From assembly GCA_965649765.1 (NCBI GenBank), contig OZ287759.1, forward strand, positions 15,810,001-15,873,133: 63,133 nt of DNA. Reading direction: 5' to 3'. Positions 37,185 through 50,798 of this stretch are shown here, one piece after another; position 1 is the first letter of the stretch, and each line of letters starts with the position of its first letter. A program made the translations under genes and the position numbers. The notes under the pieces were generated by a model that searched no databases, was not told where the DNA came from, and was given only the letters and a program-made list of their open reading frames with translations. Source of the DNA: Bispira polyomma (Eukaryota).

Positions 37185-39036
37185 TTTTTATCTCGGAGGG
37201 CGGAGCCATCCGAGATCATGTATTGAGAAGATGTTTTTGGTCTGTAGGCAGCACTTTCTACCAGTTTCGTCCATTATTTTAAGTCTGTTTTTTGGCAGTT
37301 ATATGTGGTTGGTACTAAGGACGAGTCAGAAGCCTTAATATATCTATTTATTTTTTTATTTTGTTTGTAAAATAAGATTTAACCTTTGACCTCCCAATTA
37401 CCGCATATTTTGTTATGTCCATTTTTCGTGTGGCCAGTCAGATTCGTAGGTTTCAATAGGTATATTTTTATGTGACAAAGACCAGGGTTTGGGATATATA
37501 TACGATATATATACACCCATACTGACGGGAAAATCTTTTTCTTCTCATTTTGATTCTAACTAGCGAAAACGCAGCCTTTTAACTTTGGTTTCGACCGCTA
37601 GATGGCGCCACACTACAGTGTTTTATTTGATACTCGGTACTAGCATATCCTCGCCATTTTTGTGTTGACGTCATCACTTTTCGTATATATATTTTATATA
37701 CATGAGCGGCTTGCAAATGGCCTACGTTCTCATCACTTTTGGGGCATTTCGGTTTGGTACTCGGCTTTCTCTCGCTAGAATATATTTTATTGACACACGA
37801 GTCAAGGCAAAGTCTGCGAACTCCTTTTATTTTCGCCTACATTATCATCATATTTGGAGCGTTTTGTTTGGGTACTCAACTTTTAAAACTTCCTATCTCG
37901 CTAGAATATGTTTTTGTTAACACACGTGGCGAGTCTTCTAAAACGCGACCCGGAAGTGAGCGACATTAAAGGATTTACAGTGAAAATACTGTGTCAATCG
38001 ATACGTATGTACTTGCTTAATTAATCTAAATAATGGCCTCACATTTTGACAGAAGATGCAAAAGTATTTATTCTTTGTAATAATATTTAATTTGTTGCTA
38101 AAGAATGACATTTCCATTGAACTTTTTTAAAATTTCGTATCATAATATATTGCTTTTAGAAACTATATTGGGATATATGAAGAAGTCTAGTATTCCCCCT
38201 CGGGTGTCTTGTTGATTCGATAGCTGTCTTAATTCGGTAATAATAAATATTTTAATATCTTTAGATTAAAATACAGCTCCAGTTTTCGCTAAGAACAGTA
38301 CTTTTTAGGGTAAAATAAGCCAATAAAAAATGATTAAAATTATCGAATTTACGAGACACAAGTAAGTTTTTTCCCCAGGCTGACCAAAAAAAAAAAAAAA
38401 GATTTTTTTTCCTAGGTAGACAGGTTGATAAAAAATATATATATTTTCTTGGTAGAGAGGTCGATAGGTTAACAAAAAAAAAAAATTTTTTAGGTAGACA
38501 GGCCGACTGGTAGAAATTTTATTTTTTTCAGATCGACAGGTAGACTAATTTTTTACTTATTTAAAAAAGATAAGCTGTCAGGTCGAAATTATTTTATGCT
38601 TAAGGGGTTAGGGGATTATATCTAACTTTATGTGTGACAGATATTTAGGCTAAAGAATGATGGCTAACTCCCCTAAACCCTAGCCCTAAACCATAAAAAA
38701 TTACCTTCAATCAAAAAATTAAAAAGAATTTTTTTTTTAACTTGTCATGTTACATGTTGACATGTCGACAGATAGACAGTTAATTAATTTTTTTTTTTAC
38801 TTTTAGGTAGACAGGTTGACAGGTAGACAGATAATATTTTTTAATATTTAAATAGGTTGTCAAATAATTTCCTTTTTTGTAACTTATATATTGACAATTG
38901 GATATTAGGTTATAGGTAGACAGATATTTTTTTTTTTTTTTTTTTGTTGTAACTTATACATTAACAGATAATATTAGTTTACTTTTAGGTTGACAGCTTG
39001 AGAAATAGATACATGTCTCCGCGATTTGTGACCACT
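37185..39036. mobile_element. Non-autonomous Helentron/HINE-like element (~1.85 kb) inserted in array copy 4
   Basis: Absent from the orthologous sites of copies 2 and 3 (~24450, ~29015). It starts in a T-run. Subterminal IR ATCTCGGAG (37190-37198) / CTCCGCGAT (39017-39025). 5' hairpin ATCTCGGA..TCCGAGAT (37190-37216). Internal TAGGTAGACAGGTCGACAG-type repeats and a CCCTAAA-like tract at ~38670. No TSD. Confidence 0.7.
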
Positions 39037-40471
39037 GGCTGTGTTGCTAGCTTTTCCCCACTCCTTGTGAATAGACAATTAGTATGTAAGACTACATTTA
39101 ATGTTGTGTGCCTAGCATGTTAACACAACTAAACACACTTAACATGACAAGAGATTTTACTTTTCTATTTTTACTTCTTTTTAAGGAATATTTTTTCACA
39201 CATAAATATTTTATTAAAATTTTGAAAGTGAATGCAAATATGAATGTGATGCTAACCATGTTGGCTTGAAAGGTTTTGCTTTCTAATGGACAGGTCACAC
39301 ATGCAAGAATCACACCCACAATATCAATATGCTTGGACCATCATAAGTTTTGAAATTTCGTAAACCTTTGTGGCAATCTTCACACTGGATTGGCTGTTGA
39401 TAACATGCACCACTTGTGAGGGCATTTAAGGGTATTCTTTGTTATTCCGGCCTTTCTGGGGGCTACAGTGGTTAGTGGTTGGTCCTAGTGGTTAAAAGTG
39501 CCTGCTTCACAACCACTGGTCTCTTACTAATGTGGGTTTGAATCCTGTTTGTAACTTTGACTGTGGTTTACAATGCTTCAGCATGGGTTTGTTCCACCAT
39601 TAAACATGGTCATTGTGATTATGACCTAAGATGTTGAAAAGGACGTAAAACCCAACCAAAGTCTAAATTCAGACCTTTCCATCGAGAAGAGTTGGCATAT
39701 GTGGGTTTCAGTATACCAATCAACGCTATTTGTGAAATATTTTTCACTAACTATGTATCACCCTTAAGTATTAATGTGTAGTCGTGGTTATTATGATTAT
39801 TACTTTAACACAATCCCTCTAAAAAATTGCCTTGTACTGTGTATCAATCCGTATGAATACCATGCCTGACCTTAACTATTCATATCTCCAATTCACTACA
39901 CATTGTAATATCAGTGTATATCAGCACATTAACCACTAACGCTTCTGGGGTTTCTTCTTTAGCTCAACTGTTAGTGCACTGGACTATTCATCTCAAGATC
40001 CTTGACAACCCTGGATCGAATCCCAGAAGAAGCCAATCTCTTTATAAGTTTACAGCAAAGCAAAGTTATTTCTGCTGTTTACAACATGCAGTATTGTGAT
40101 GTTATGATTAATTCGAAAAACCTCTCTATTTGGGGTCAATTTTGAACCCCGCCCCCTCTCATTTTTCATAATTTTTCCAGGAATACCCGCAGATTCCAAT
40201 TATACTACATTCTTGGATATTCTCACTCCTGTAGGTGTGACCAGGCCTTACATTGGGTAGCACTATTTTTTGCTAGCAATTATTCTTTCTAAAAAAAACC
40301 CAACCTAGTATAGTGTCAAAAATAAAGTAATACTGCGACAACTGTACCGAGATTTACTCTAACTTATGATTTATTGGCTGCCCAAAATAGTTATTTAGTG
40401 GCAAAAGTAATGAAATTTGCTGACACTGAGCAAGAAACATTTAGCAGGATGAGGCATCTCGCATTGATACA

Positions 40472-40736
40472 GCGAGCCAAGGTGGCCTAGTGGTTAACAA
40501 GCATTGCGCTTCACAATCACTGGTCTCTCACCTCTGTGATTGGCTGGCGTGGCTCGACTCCAGTCGATGCCTATGTGGGAAAGGTAGTAGTTTCTTAATG
40601 TGGCTCGCTGGTTTCAGTGAAGAACCTTGATCAACTGCATGCAGTGTTTCCTCCAGCGTTTCCAACACCCATCCTAATATAACCTAAACAGGTACTAGAG
40701 TGGACGTTAAATATGCAAATTCAAATTCAAATTCAA
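40472..40736 (+). mobile_element. tRNA-derived SINE family A, full length
   Basis: (AATTCA)n tail; 14-bp TSD with two mismatches at 40458-40471 and 40737-40750; empty site 'gcatctcacatcgatacactgc' in copies 1-3. Confidence 0.92.
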
Positions 40737-41199
40737 CTCACATCGATACACTGCAGACATGTTTAAGGACCATGCCAAAAAACATAGGTTTTACAATATT
40801 CCTTTTTCCACTCAAAAACAACATGTGTAGAGGTTGTTAGTTTCCTAGACAGAGAGAGTAAACTCTCATGGCAAGTAAAGGTTAATCATTATGCATAGTT
40901 TCTATAGTGACAGAAATAAAAAAACCAGAATCAACTTGTCATAAAGTGTAGAATACATCAAACCACCCACTGCTGATTATCCGAAATACTACTACTATAC
41001 TGCGACTTGGCTATGTTTTTCTGACTATCCTTTGGTTTATCAAATTTGATTGTGATGCTTTAAAATATGGCTGACTTTAACAATTTTAAGACATAACTAT
41101 CACTGGAAACTGAACGAAATGTTTCGGTAATAGGTTACATATAGTTTAAGATAACTGAAGTCACTAAAACACACACCGGATGTGTACTGATGTCTGTCC

Positions 41200-41680
41200 A
41201 TACCTCAAATAACTACATTGGCTTCCCATTGATTATAGTATTTTGTTTAAAATTCATGTAACTATTTTTAAAACTGTTATCTCTCAACAGGCCTCCTACC
41301 TTGCTACTTGTCTTTCCTTCAGTAACCTTAAAAGGGGAAAGATACTTTCTGTTTCCTATGTTAAACCTAAAGATAGGACTGGATCTAGAGCTTTCCCTAT
41401 TGCTGCCCCTATATTTTGCAATAGTCTCCCTGTTGAACATAGATCACTAGAAGTACTTCCTGGTTTTAGAAAAAAAGCTTAAAACCTATCCCTCTAAACT
41501 CACCTACTGCCCACCTTAGTGCCCTTGTTGTACAACCCACATCCTTCCTTATAAACGTGGCTATGTTTTTGGTCTTCTCCATTGGCTGACTGATTCTGTT
41601 GTTATTGTTGTGCTTTAGAAGATGCCTCGCATTCATAAGGTGCACTAAAAATTATAACAGAATACAATACAATGAGGAAA
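41200..41680 (+). mobile_element. L2-type LINE 3' fragment (related pieces at ~6340-6600 -, ~12540-12650, ~26470-26560 -, ~33165-33420 -, ~51480-51730 -, ~60160-60365 +)
   Basis: HW.P..FKIHV...GSRAFPIAAPIFCNSLPVEHRSLE.L.GFRK, and the shared 3' UTR 'ctttagaagatgcctc.ca.tc.ataagg'. Confidence 0.8.
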
Positions 41681-42045
41681 TAGACACCAGACACTCAACG
41701 AGAATGGCAGTGGGGTGGTGATCAGAGGCGTACTTCAGAATTACATATAGATTACGGTCCCCAACATTAGTGTTTTCTCTATGAAATAGAGTAGAAATTA
41801 TGGAGGTATTATGCCAGCAACCAGTCAACAACATTTGTTACTTCCGGAATCTATATCTGTTGGCAAGCAGTTGTACAACCCAAAATATATATTTATTTTC
41901 TTTCAGTTTCTCGCAATAGGAAATTATTGGCACAGCAGCATCCTTTTTTTTAAAAAAATCATAAACAACGAGGTCATTATTAAATGTTGTGGGATGTGTT
42001 TTAGTGAATCCAGCTATCTATATCCTATTACCGAAAAATGTCCTT

Positions 42046-42170
42046 CAGTTTCCGGTGATATTTTTCATTTTGGGGTCGAAAGTTTGTATAAATGCAAGCC
42101 TAAAAGCAGTTTCCGGTGATATTTTTCATTTTGGGGTCGAAAGTTTGTATAAATGCAAGCCTAAAAGCAG
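42046..42170. repeat. Perfect 61-bp tandem duplication
   Basis: cagtttccggtgatatttttcattttggggtcgaaagtttgtataaatgcaagcctaaaag occurs twice, followed by cag. Confidence 0.95.
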
Positions 42171-45100
42171 AGGAGTGTAATTGTAAAATTTAGTAAAACA
42201 TATGTAAAACATCAGATAAATGTCAAATAAACCTCCCTCCGGAAGTGCTCAAATGAGCTATACGAGCATGACTCAATAGTTTATGTAAACGCATCAGCGT
42301 TTAGCTGGAACAGCTGTGGTGGAGAAAGATCTCTATGGAGGTTAAAGAGGTGGATCTTAAGGTTGGCTGGTAAATTATGCCATTGGGTTGTTGCTGCCAC
42401 AAAAAATGCATAGGATCAAATCTGTTTACTGGTTCTGGTCTCGAAGACTGAAATTCTGTTTCTGATGATAAACCTGCTGAAAGACATGCAATGAGGCAAG
42501 ATATGAGATCTGACAAAGGTGTACAACTTTGCATGTAGTAACATAAATCTTGATGATGATATTCACAAACATTCTTATTCCTAATTTTTGTCTCAGCCAA
42601 TTTGATTGGCTGAAAATATTGTTTTAAAATAATGCGATTGGCTGAAGATAATAAAATTCTAAGAATTGTATTCTACAAAATGTATGTGAATGCAATTTTT
42701 AAAACTGTACATCTATTTTGATATCGAGCATAAGCAGGAAGTGTCATTATATATTTACTAACTACATAAATAAACTTAAGTATGTAAATTAAATGGCTAC
42801 CTGCAAATTGACAAAATAAACACTGATCTGTCGAAGTTTGTAAAATAGAGGTCTAGTACCTTGAGATTGTTTTCTTTCTGTTTTTTTTTAATTTTACACT
42901 TTCTTTCCCACTGATTTTTTTCTCCCGCCCGAAATGATGCTAGTTTGCGCATGCATGGATTCCCCAATACTAACTATTGGGGTTGCTTTAATAGACAACA
43001 ATAAAGCATTGGTTGGATATCATGATAACTTTCAATGGTGTATATTTTATACATTTGAGTTTCATGACAAACAGGCGTTACTACTCTTCAATTGGTGTGA
43101 ACTTAATGAATGAAAACTATTTCAATAAAAGACCACAAAGTTTTGGGGGTGACAAATTAAAGACATAATTCCATGACAATATGATCTTAACTTTAAATAT
43201 GTAAAATTACTTAAAACAAAGTAAAATAGGCTACCAAACTTAGGATCCTAAGTTGGGCTATAGTCCATCTTAAAATTGGCCAAATAGAATGTTGGGCTCC
43301 AACAATATAAAATACGTTCAATAGAAATATTGTTTCATGGTTTGGGAATTGTATTTGGCAACGTCTTAATATATGTGCCTTTAAATGGATATATATATAC
43401 TTGACCTAATACGGTGGTAAATAAATGGATTTTGTATGCAGTCACCACTACAGAAATAGTCATTAACTGACTTTATCATTGTGGTTTCACGTGATGGCTT
43501 TGTAATGGAATACTATTAGCAATGTAGGATACTTTAGACAGAAATACATTGATTCATATTGATTTTTGAGATTTAGTTTAAAAGCTTGTGTATATTTATT
43601 CAAGGAGAATTAGAACTACTCTCAGTTATGTTTTGTTGTATGAATTCATAATGATAAAAATTAAGGATTTTGCTTCAAAAAAAAAAATCTTGGTGCATCA
43701 GTATTTACCATGTGAAAGGGGAAAAATTAACCAACTGCACCATGTAACACTATGATACATTATGTTAGGGTATTATTACTGGGATATATTATTCATCTTA
43801 TTACTGGGATATATTATTCATCTTATTAAAAAACTATCGTGTAATTTAGTTATTTAGTCATACACAAGGTATAGTATTACAAAAATACAGAAATACATAA
43901 ATATTTTCATAACTGGAAACAAGGAACAATGTTATTAAACATTATTTACAGTTTGGCAATTACATTAATTTTATACAAATCTTAATGATTAAAATGAGGT
44001 CAGTATAATAAAATTTAATATGATTTCTCTCTTTAATACTAATGAGATCTCTAATTTTACACTTATTTTTTTCATCATCCATGTTATTCTGAGAGTGAAC
44101 ATACTTGTCACTTACAATTTTAAATTCTTGAGGTGCTTTAAGAGAACATTTATAGATACAATTGAGTTCCTTTGAAATTACATTAATATTTTTACCAACA
44201 TTAGAATAACTTGAGATGAAGTGTCTTTTTAAGATATACATCCCAAGCCGTTTAACTTGAAAATGTTACTTATTTTTTTATATGAATTGGGAGTTTAATA
44301 TTAATGTTGATATCAAATGTTACCATGAATAAATATAAATACATTTTCGTGGTGTTGTTTTATGCAAGTAAAATGAAGTTTTAAAATTCAAAAACAAATT
44401 TTTAGGTAACCAGATCGTTGTTGACCTTAATAGACAAAATTGTAAATAATTTATTCAGAATTCAGTATTTGATTTAAAACTATAGATATATGACTTGTAT
44501 ACATGCTTATAGCTTCCAAGAGTCGTATAGAGAATGATGCCTGGATCTTAACGGTAGGATCTATTCCTTCTTATATCCCTCAATTTTCTGACAGGGGATT
44601 ACCAAATGTTCTATTAAGGCTTTCAACGATTGTGTATCTATGCAGACATTTTTAAATGGGTAATATACACATTGACTTTAACTCTTTTAATTAAAGGCTG
44701 CCTTTCATATGGCCACGTATAAGGCAGGCCTATAGGACTTTAAGGTTTCCGTTGTAACTATAACCAAAACAATACAAATTGTACAAAATACTAAAAAAAA
44801 TGTGTTATTAAACTTAAAAATATAATCTAAGGATAGCATTATAAACATATGAGTAAAGAATTAGAAGATACACTGTTTGAGTTTATGTAAAATAAATCAC
44901 TTAAACAAGAACAGATATCAGTGCACACTTAATGGAAAGCGATAGTTTTTTTTTCAGGCGCAGTCTATTGTTGTTTTGCTTTCTGGAAAAGAAGTGCCGC
45001 CATTGAAATTGGCACCACCATCTTATATAAATAATATGTAATAAGACCCCCCCCCCCCCCACCACCGCCACCCACCCCCCCTCACCCCCACCCCCAAAGA

Positions 45101-46730
45101 CCCCTGGACATAACGATTTTGGGCTGCTTATTAATAAGATTGTGTACTAAACAAGTGACCTCATTTGGGTGTGAGTAGAATTTAGAACAATGTAAGAGTG
45201 ATTAGTACAGAGCCTATAGGTAAGTGATTTGGGGCAGTTTGTCTTATTCTCTGTTCTATTTCTTTTTTTCTCACTGAAACAAGCAAAAAATAACCCACAA
45301 CCGCCAAGCATAGTATGTGTGTGTGTAAGTTATATTTACAAAGTTTACAACATATTGGATATCATTTACACTGTGTAATGAACTTTAAAGGGATATATGA
45401 TAAAACTTTAAAGGGATATATGATACTCGTGTATAAAAAATTAAAAGAATGTGGTGACAATGTTAGTGAAAAGGTGATATATATCTAGGTTACACATTCT
45501 TCATAACAAAAATGAAAACACAATGTGAAGATATGTTTGATGAAAAAAGTGTATATATTTTTAAAATAAGTTGTAATTGACAGAAACTGATTAATAATCT
45601 TTATTAGTGACACGAGTAAAGTGCATTTTCTGGAAAATAAGTGCAGACAGACTGATGTTCTGATGATTGAATTGTTTAAAAAGATAATGTGTACTTAACG
45701 TAACCAATGGATCCTTCCTCGCAACTGACTTGGCGAAGAAAAAAACCTTTACTAACACATTTGGCTTAATGGACAATCAAAACCAAAGGATATAAACCAG
45801 TCTTATTTTGTTTTGGAGTTTTACTTAAAATAGGTACATAATGTGTCATTATTAAAATGATTATGTGGTTATTGTAAGCCATCATGTCATTTCTTTATAC
45901 TAGAAAACAATAAGTTATATCAAACCAAGCGGGGCTAGCTAGGACAATATTGCTTTGCTTTAATATTTTGAGTGGGAATTACAATACCAAAAACTATACC
46001 TTATTATATTTACGGAACATTTTGTGATAATAATATTGAAAAATATAAATTCTTTATATCAATAGAAAATTTGTTCTTGAGCCCCAAAGGAACTGTTTTT
46101 ATAATAAAAAAAAAATTTTATCCATAAATATCTGACCAATATCTACCATAGACTGTTATCAGGCCTTTTGTTGACAATAATCATATCTGACTAAAAGGTA
46201 ACTTGATGGGAAGGTAAACTAATTACTGGTGTCATGACAAGTTGTACTGCTGCCCTCGTCTAAAGAATTTACAGTTTGTGAAACAAACCTCAATAGAAAC
46301 GGATTTTACCCCCAGTGCTTACATTCAAGTTACTGGGGAAACTGCGAATAGAATAGGAAGAGGAGGGGGTGAGAGAGAGTTGTGAAGAAAGGGACAAGAC
46401 AACACATCTAGGCTGGGGGCTATTGATATGGGATGGATGTACAATGAGAAAAGTCAACTCTTACTAGAACACACACTATAACTCTGCACACTTCATGTGT
46501 TTGTGTCAGTTCAGTATTTTTTATATCAGCTGTATCTGTGTTAAAAATAAACATACATTTTTAGTAGTAGTGAATGAATGGATCAAAAATATTTTTTAAA
46601 AGAGATAGAAGATCTGTAGCAGTAAAGAAATGGACGTAAAAAAACTATTTACTGCAGCATTTATGGGAGAAAAATACTCTTTAAATATGATATATTTGTG
46701 GTTGTAATCTTTGTTAATAGTTTCTACACT

Positions 46731-46746
46731 ATACATACATTATACA

Positions 46747-46776
<30 letters not shown>
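46731..46776. repeat. (TACA)n microsatellite
   Basis: Direct reading. Confidence 0.9.
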
Positions 46777-46778
<2 letters not shown>

Positions 46779-49700
46779 GATAGGTTAGTGTGTACACCAC
46801 ACTGGTGGGATATCGAAGTTTGGACACATAAAACAAGGAACACATAATAAACCTGTAGTGGTAACTTATTACATAACCATAACTTGTTGTCAGTGTTATT
46901 GACACAATAGCAGCTTAGATTTAACTAATTGTATTGGGCATCAGCAATACAGTCAATCATACAGAGACACACTGGGAGATATTGGTTTAAATGTGTTGGT
47001 TTTTATGGGAGTTTTTTTTGGTGGGTTCATTTGTAATTGTATTGTGTGCTGGATATAAATAGGAAGCTCACACAAACCACCCCTGTGTAGATGATCTTTG
47101 AGATGAAGGTTCTTGTGTCACCAGTATTTAAAGCTCAAAGTGTACCTGATGACATCCAACAGCATTTCTGCAGGATACACAACATCCAATGTTGTATATA
47201 TATGTATATATCTAACTGCAATTAAATAATGAAATAAAAAAAGAACCACATTTACCATAGAGATACAAGTATATACACTGTTATATATCTACTAAAGATA
47301 TAGTTCTGGATATATATATATAATTTTTTACCTTAAATAAATTAAGTGAAAACAAATATTAAGAAGCACAATGGATAGCACATTAAACAATACAGCCATT
47401 TCGACACTTTGGGCAGTGGGTGATAATGCCACAGAATGGAATGTCACAGATTTAGCAGTGGCTTTCCAGGAGCTGATGTGTCACCAAGAATATGTCAACT
47501 TTACAAGAGGTAAGTAAGACTCCTGGACCGGTACTGATAAAGGAAACTTAAGCTCAAACTCACACTCAAATAAAGGCTATGTGGGAAGTCATTGTACATG
47601 GAATAAAACCTATACCATTGTAACCATTCATTTTAGTAGAGCTTTCAGCACTGAATTCAAATATACAGTAAGATAAGACTTAACTTCACTGTAGTCAGAG
47701 ATATGTGAAGACTTCCGATTCAAGCTCGAGTCTGAGTTGAGCTTAAGTTCTTTTGAGAGAGAATACGACTTCTAATATACTTATGTATAAGTGGCAACTT
47801 TTTGCTGGGAAGAAAACTTTTTTTCAGTGACTTTTAATTGTACTTTTAATCATATAGCTTTTTATCAAATAAAGTTTTGAAGTTCCACTGGGGATGGATT
47901 TGTACTTATATAAGCTCATAAGCTAAAACAGTGTTAATCAATTCTAATTCGAAACTGTGAATATGTCTACTTATATACATAAATATTACAAGCGTTGTAT
48001 TGACTCTCTCCCGTCTGTCTTCGTGTTCTGGTTGTGTCTTTCACTGGGTTTGTGTGTGTATATTTTAGCAGCACTTAAGTTCATTCTTAATCTATAATAC
48101 GATTGTCTAGTATTAATTAGATTCTTTTAATAACTTAATAATACAGGACCATAAAGGGTATTCAATTATAAAGCAAATAGATGACGTCACACAGCTTAAG
48201 GTTTAGGAAGGGACATTGTTTTTTGGGTTTTTTAAATGCCATGCATTGTGTAGTATTTAAAAGAGTTTTAACATGTTCCTTATTTTAGCAGTGTACTTTT
48301 TTATTCAAATGTTAATTATATAATTAATTTTTAGACATACAGTTGTCTTGCTCAGTCTAAATAAACACTGTTGATGAGGGTAACCTTTTACATGAAGGAA
48401 TGACCTAGAAATGAAATAGAGATCAAAGTAAAAGTGAAGCCAAAGGTAAACATTTTGGGAGATATTGTTGAATTTGTTCAGATAATAGAATGTTGATAAA
48501 ACAAAAGAGGTAACTTTGTACAAGACAATAGCAATAAAAACATTAATGATTTGGGAGAGTAGAACTAAGTTCATAATATCCAAAGTTCGGATAATAGAGG
48601 TTTTAATGTATACTATACATATACGAGACTGGTGTTTGTTGAAAGGCGTTCTATTGACTCTGTATAATTACGAGGTTGTGCTGTCTTTTTTTTTACCCAG
48701 CCCCCCAGGCCCCCCCCCCCCTCTTATACTAGTTATAAGTGTCCATCCATCGCAGTTGATGTGTGGATTTTAATTATATGACAGTCATGATTGCTGCATT
48801 TTGGCAGCTGTATTTTTTTGTGGGAAGCTTTACCATTTCTTCCCAGGTGTTTTTATATGCACGGTTTAATTAATTGGGACAGGGTTTAAAAAAAAAACAT
48901 TTTGGGGTGCAGTAATTGACACCAAAAAAAAGGGATATATACATGTATACAACTAGGCAGATGTCTATATGTGTCAATATGGGTTGTTTTATGTATATAG
49001 AGAGGGGGAGATACATCACCAGAGAAGTTTATATCGGAAATCACTTTGAAGAAAAACTCTTTGGGGATTTAGAATCAGTGCTCTGAAATATCAAATCATA
49101 TGTCTATGTATATATGATGATTTTATAAACTTGGCCATATGTCACCCTATTTAGGGGGGAGGGGGTTGGTTTTGCCATATTCTTGGGACTTTCACAAAAG
49201 GGACTTTTACAAAATATCAAACATGTTTGATATCCTTCCCGACCTGTACATTCGCCCCGTTTTCGCCCCGAACCTCACTGGACACGCCCCGCACCTTAAA
49301 ATCGGGAAGGTCGGGAACCAAATCGGCATAGTGGAATCACCATTTTAGACTCAGCTTAAACTCAAAATATTTAACTTAAATATGACTCTTTTGTAAGTCT
49401 GGATAAAGTAAACCTATCTAAAATCTTGACTTTCTATTTGAATTTAGTGCTGAATGCTCTATATTAAAATCAATAGAATGGTTACATGTATAGGATATTT
49501 CCGAGTATAATATATTACACAAAGCCTATAATTGAGTATAAATTTAAGCAAAAGTTTATTTTAACAATACCACCCCAGGGGCCCTGTTTCTACAAACAAA
49601 TTCTCCAAAGGCTCAACTCAGACTCAAGGTCAAAATCTCGAGGTCTCCAATAATATCTTCTGGTCACAGTGGAAGTTAAAGAGTTCAAAATCTGATGGCA

Positions 49701-49859
49701 GAGTTAGAGTTAGAGCTGAAAGCTCTATTAATAGAAATGATGACGAGCACAGGTTAATTCCATGTACAAGGACTTTCTACATAGCTTCTGTTTTTGAATT
49801 TAGGCAATTGCGTCTCTTTTGGAGGACACAATTCCGTGGGCACGTATTCTCAAAAGATC

Positions 49860-50300
49860 TAAAGCTCTTAAGTCTGAAGTCTCCCTATATCTATAGCTAG
49901 GGTGCAAATAAGCAACATCTGACTGCATATTTGAAATCAGTGTTGAAAGCTCTATTAAAACAAATGGTGACAAGTAAAGGTTGCTTCCATGTACAAATAC
50001 TCAAACTCATGCTATGAAGTCGCCATATATGTGGCTATGTCGGAGAAAAATAAAATCTGACTGCATTTTTTAATTCAGTGTTGAAAGCTCTGTAAAAATG
50101 AATTATTGACAAGTGCAGGTTGCTTCCATGTGCAGAGACTCAAACTCAAGCTCTGAAGTCCCCATATCTGTGGCCATGCCGGAGAGAAGTAAAATCTGAC
50201 TGCATATCAGAATTCAGTGTTGAAAGCTCTGTGAAAATGAATTAGTGACAAGTATAGATTACTTCCATGTACAAGGACTGTTTCCACACATAGCCTTCCT
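49860..50300. repeat. Three ~140-bp tandem copies of a short dispersed repeat also present at ~10760, ~12350 (and array paralogues), ~47640, ~49430 and ~57040
   Basis: 'atctgactgcat....aattcagtgttgaaagctct' at ~49917, ~50056 and ~50194. Confidence 0.7.
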
Positions 50301-50798
50301 CTGAGTTGATGTCTCCGTTTGAGCATTGAGGAGTTTCTTTGGAGAATACAAGTCCTAATCTATATTTACAAGAGGAGGGGGATTTAGGGTGGGATGAATT
50401 GGGGAGGGGGGGGGGTGTCCCACTCAATCAGATTCTTATTATACATGCATGATAAAAGATCAAGCACAATTACTCTTGCAATGACGAATGGTGCTTTCTT
50501 GCAAATTGGTACCAACTGCCGTCACTTACACAGATGGTGACTTGAACCACTCACACATATATAGGCAGTCCCTCCTCAATCCATGGGGTGATAGGTCCGT
50601 GTGGGGGCTAATGGTATGCATGGAGTCACTGAAAGATGCTTGTGTTTGTGTGTGTGGGGGGGGGGCCTGGTTTGGTTCTGATGTACAGACAGGTGTAATA
50701 ATAATATCTGTGTTAAAGTTATGGTCACCTTAATTATGGTTTTTTTTCCATACAACGGAGAAGAAAACCTGTCATTAATTCACGATCAATTAAAAAAA

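Larger units (their letters stand above)
6190..41180 (+). repeat. Tandem segmental array of a ~4.5-6 kb non-coding unit: diverged copy 0 (~6190-10950), copy 1 (~10960-21920 incl. LINE), copy 2 (~21920-26560), copy 3 (~26560-34625 incl. DIRS fragment), copy 4 (~34626-41180 incl. HINE and SINE)
   Basis: The same blocks recur in order. 'ggtgacagaaaa..ttgttg' at ~10982/21949/34628. 'gaaattgccgaaaat' at ~10101/11828/22745/27336/35461. 'tgtaactagacc' at ~10427/12663/23775/28236/36408. 'cgtaaaagtgggacaaag' at ~13343/24376/28940/37115. Confidence 0.95.

Noticed and set aside
38668-38692. Telomeric repeat
   Set aside because: Only about three degenerate CCCTAAA-like units, inside a transposon.
42301-42600. 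99-aa minus-strand ORF as a possible host exon
   Set aside because: An alternative frame reads SYAFFVAATTQWHNLPANL, resembling the L2 ORF2 C-terminus (RAF.VAAP..WN.LP), so it is more likely an old LINE relic; it also starts at TTG.
43960-44241. 93-aa minus-strand ORF
   Set aside because: AT-rich, with weak resemblance to a LINE ORF2 extreme C-terminus; too degraded to call.
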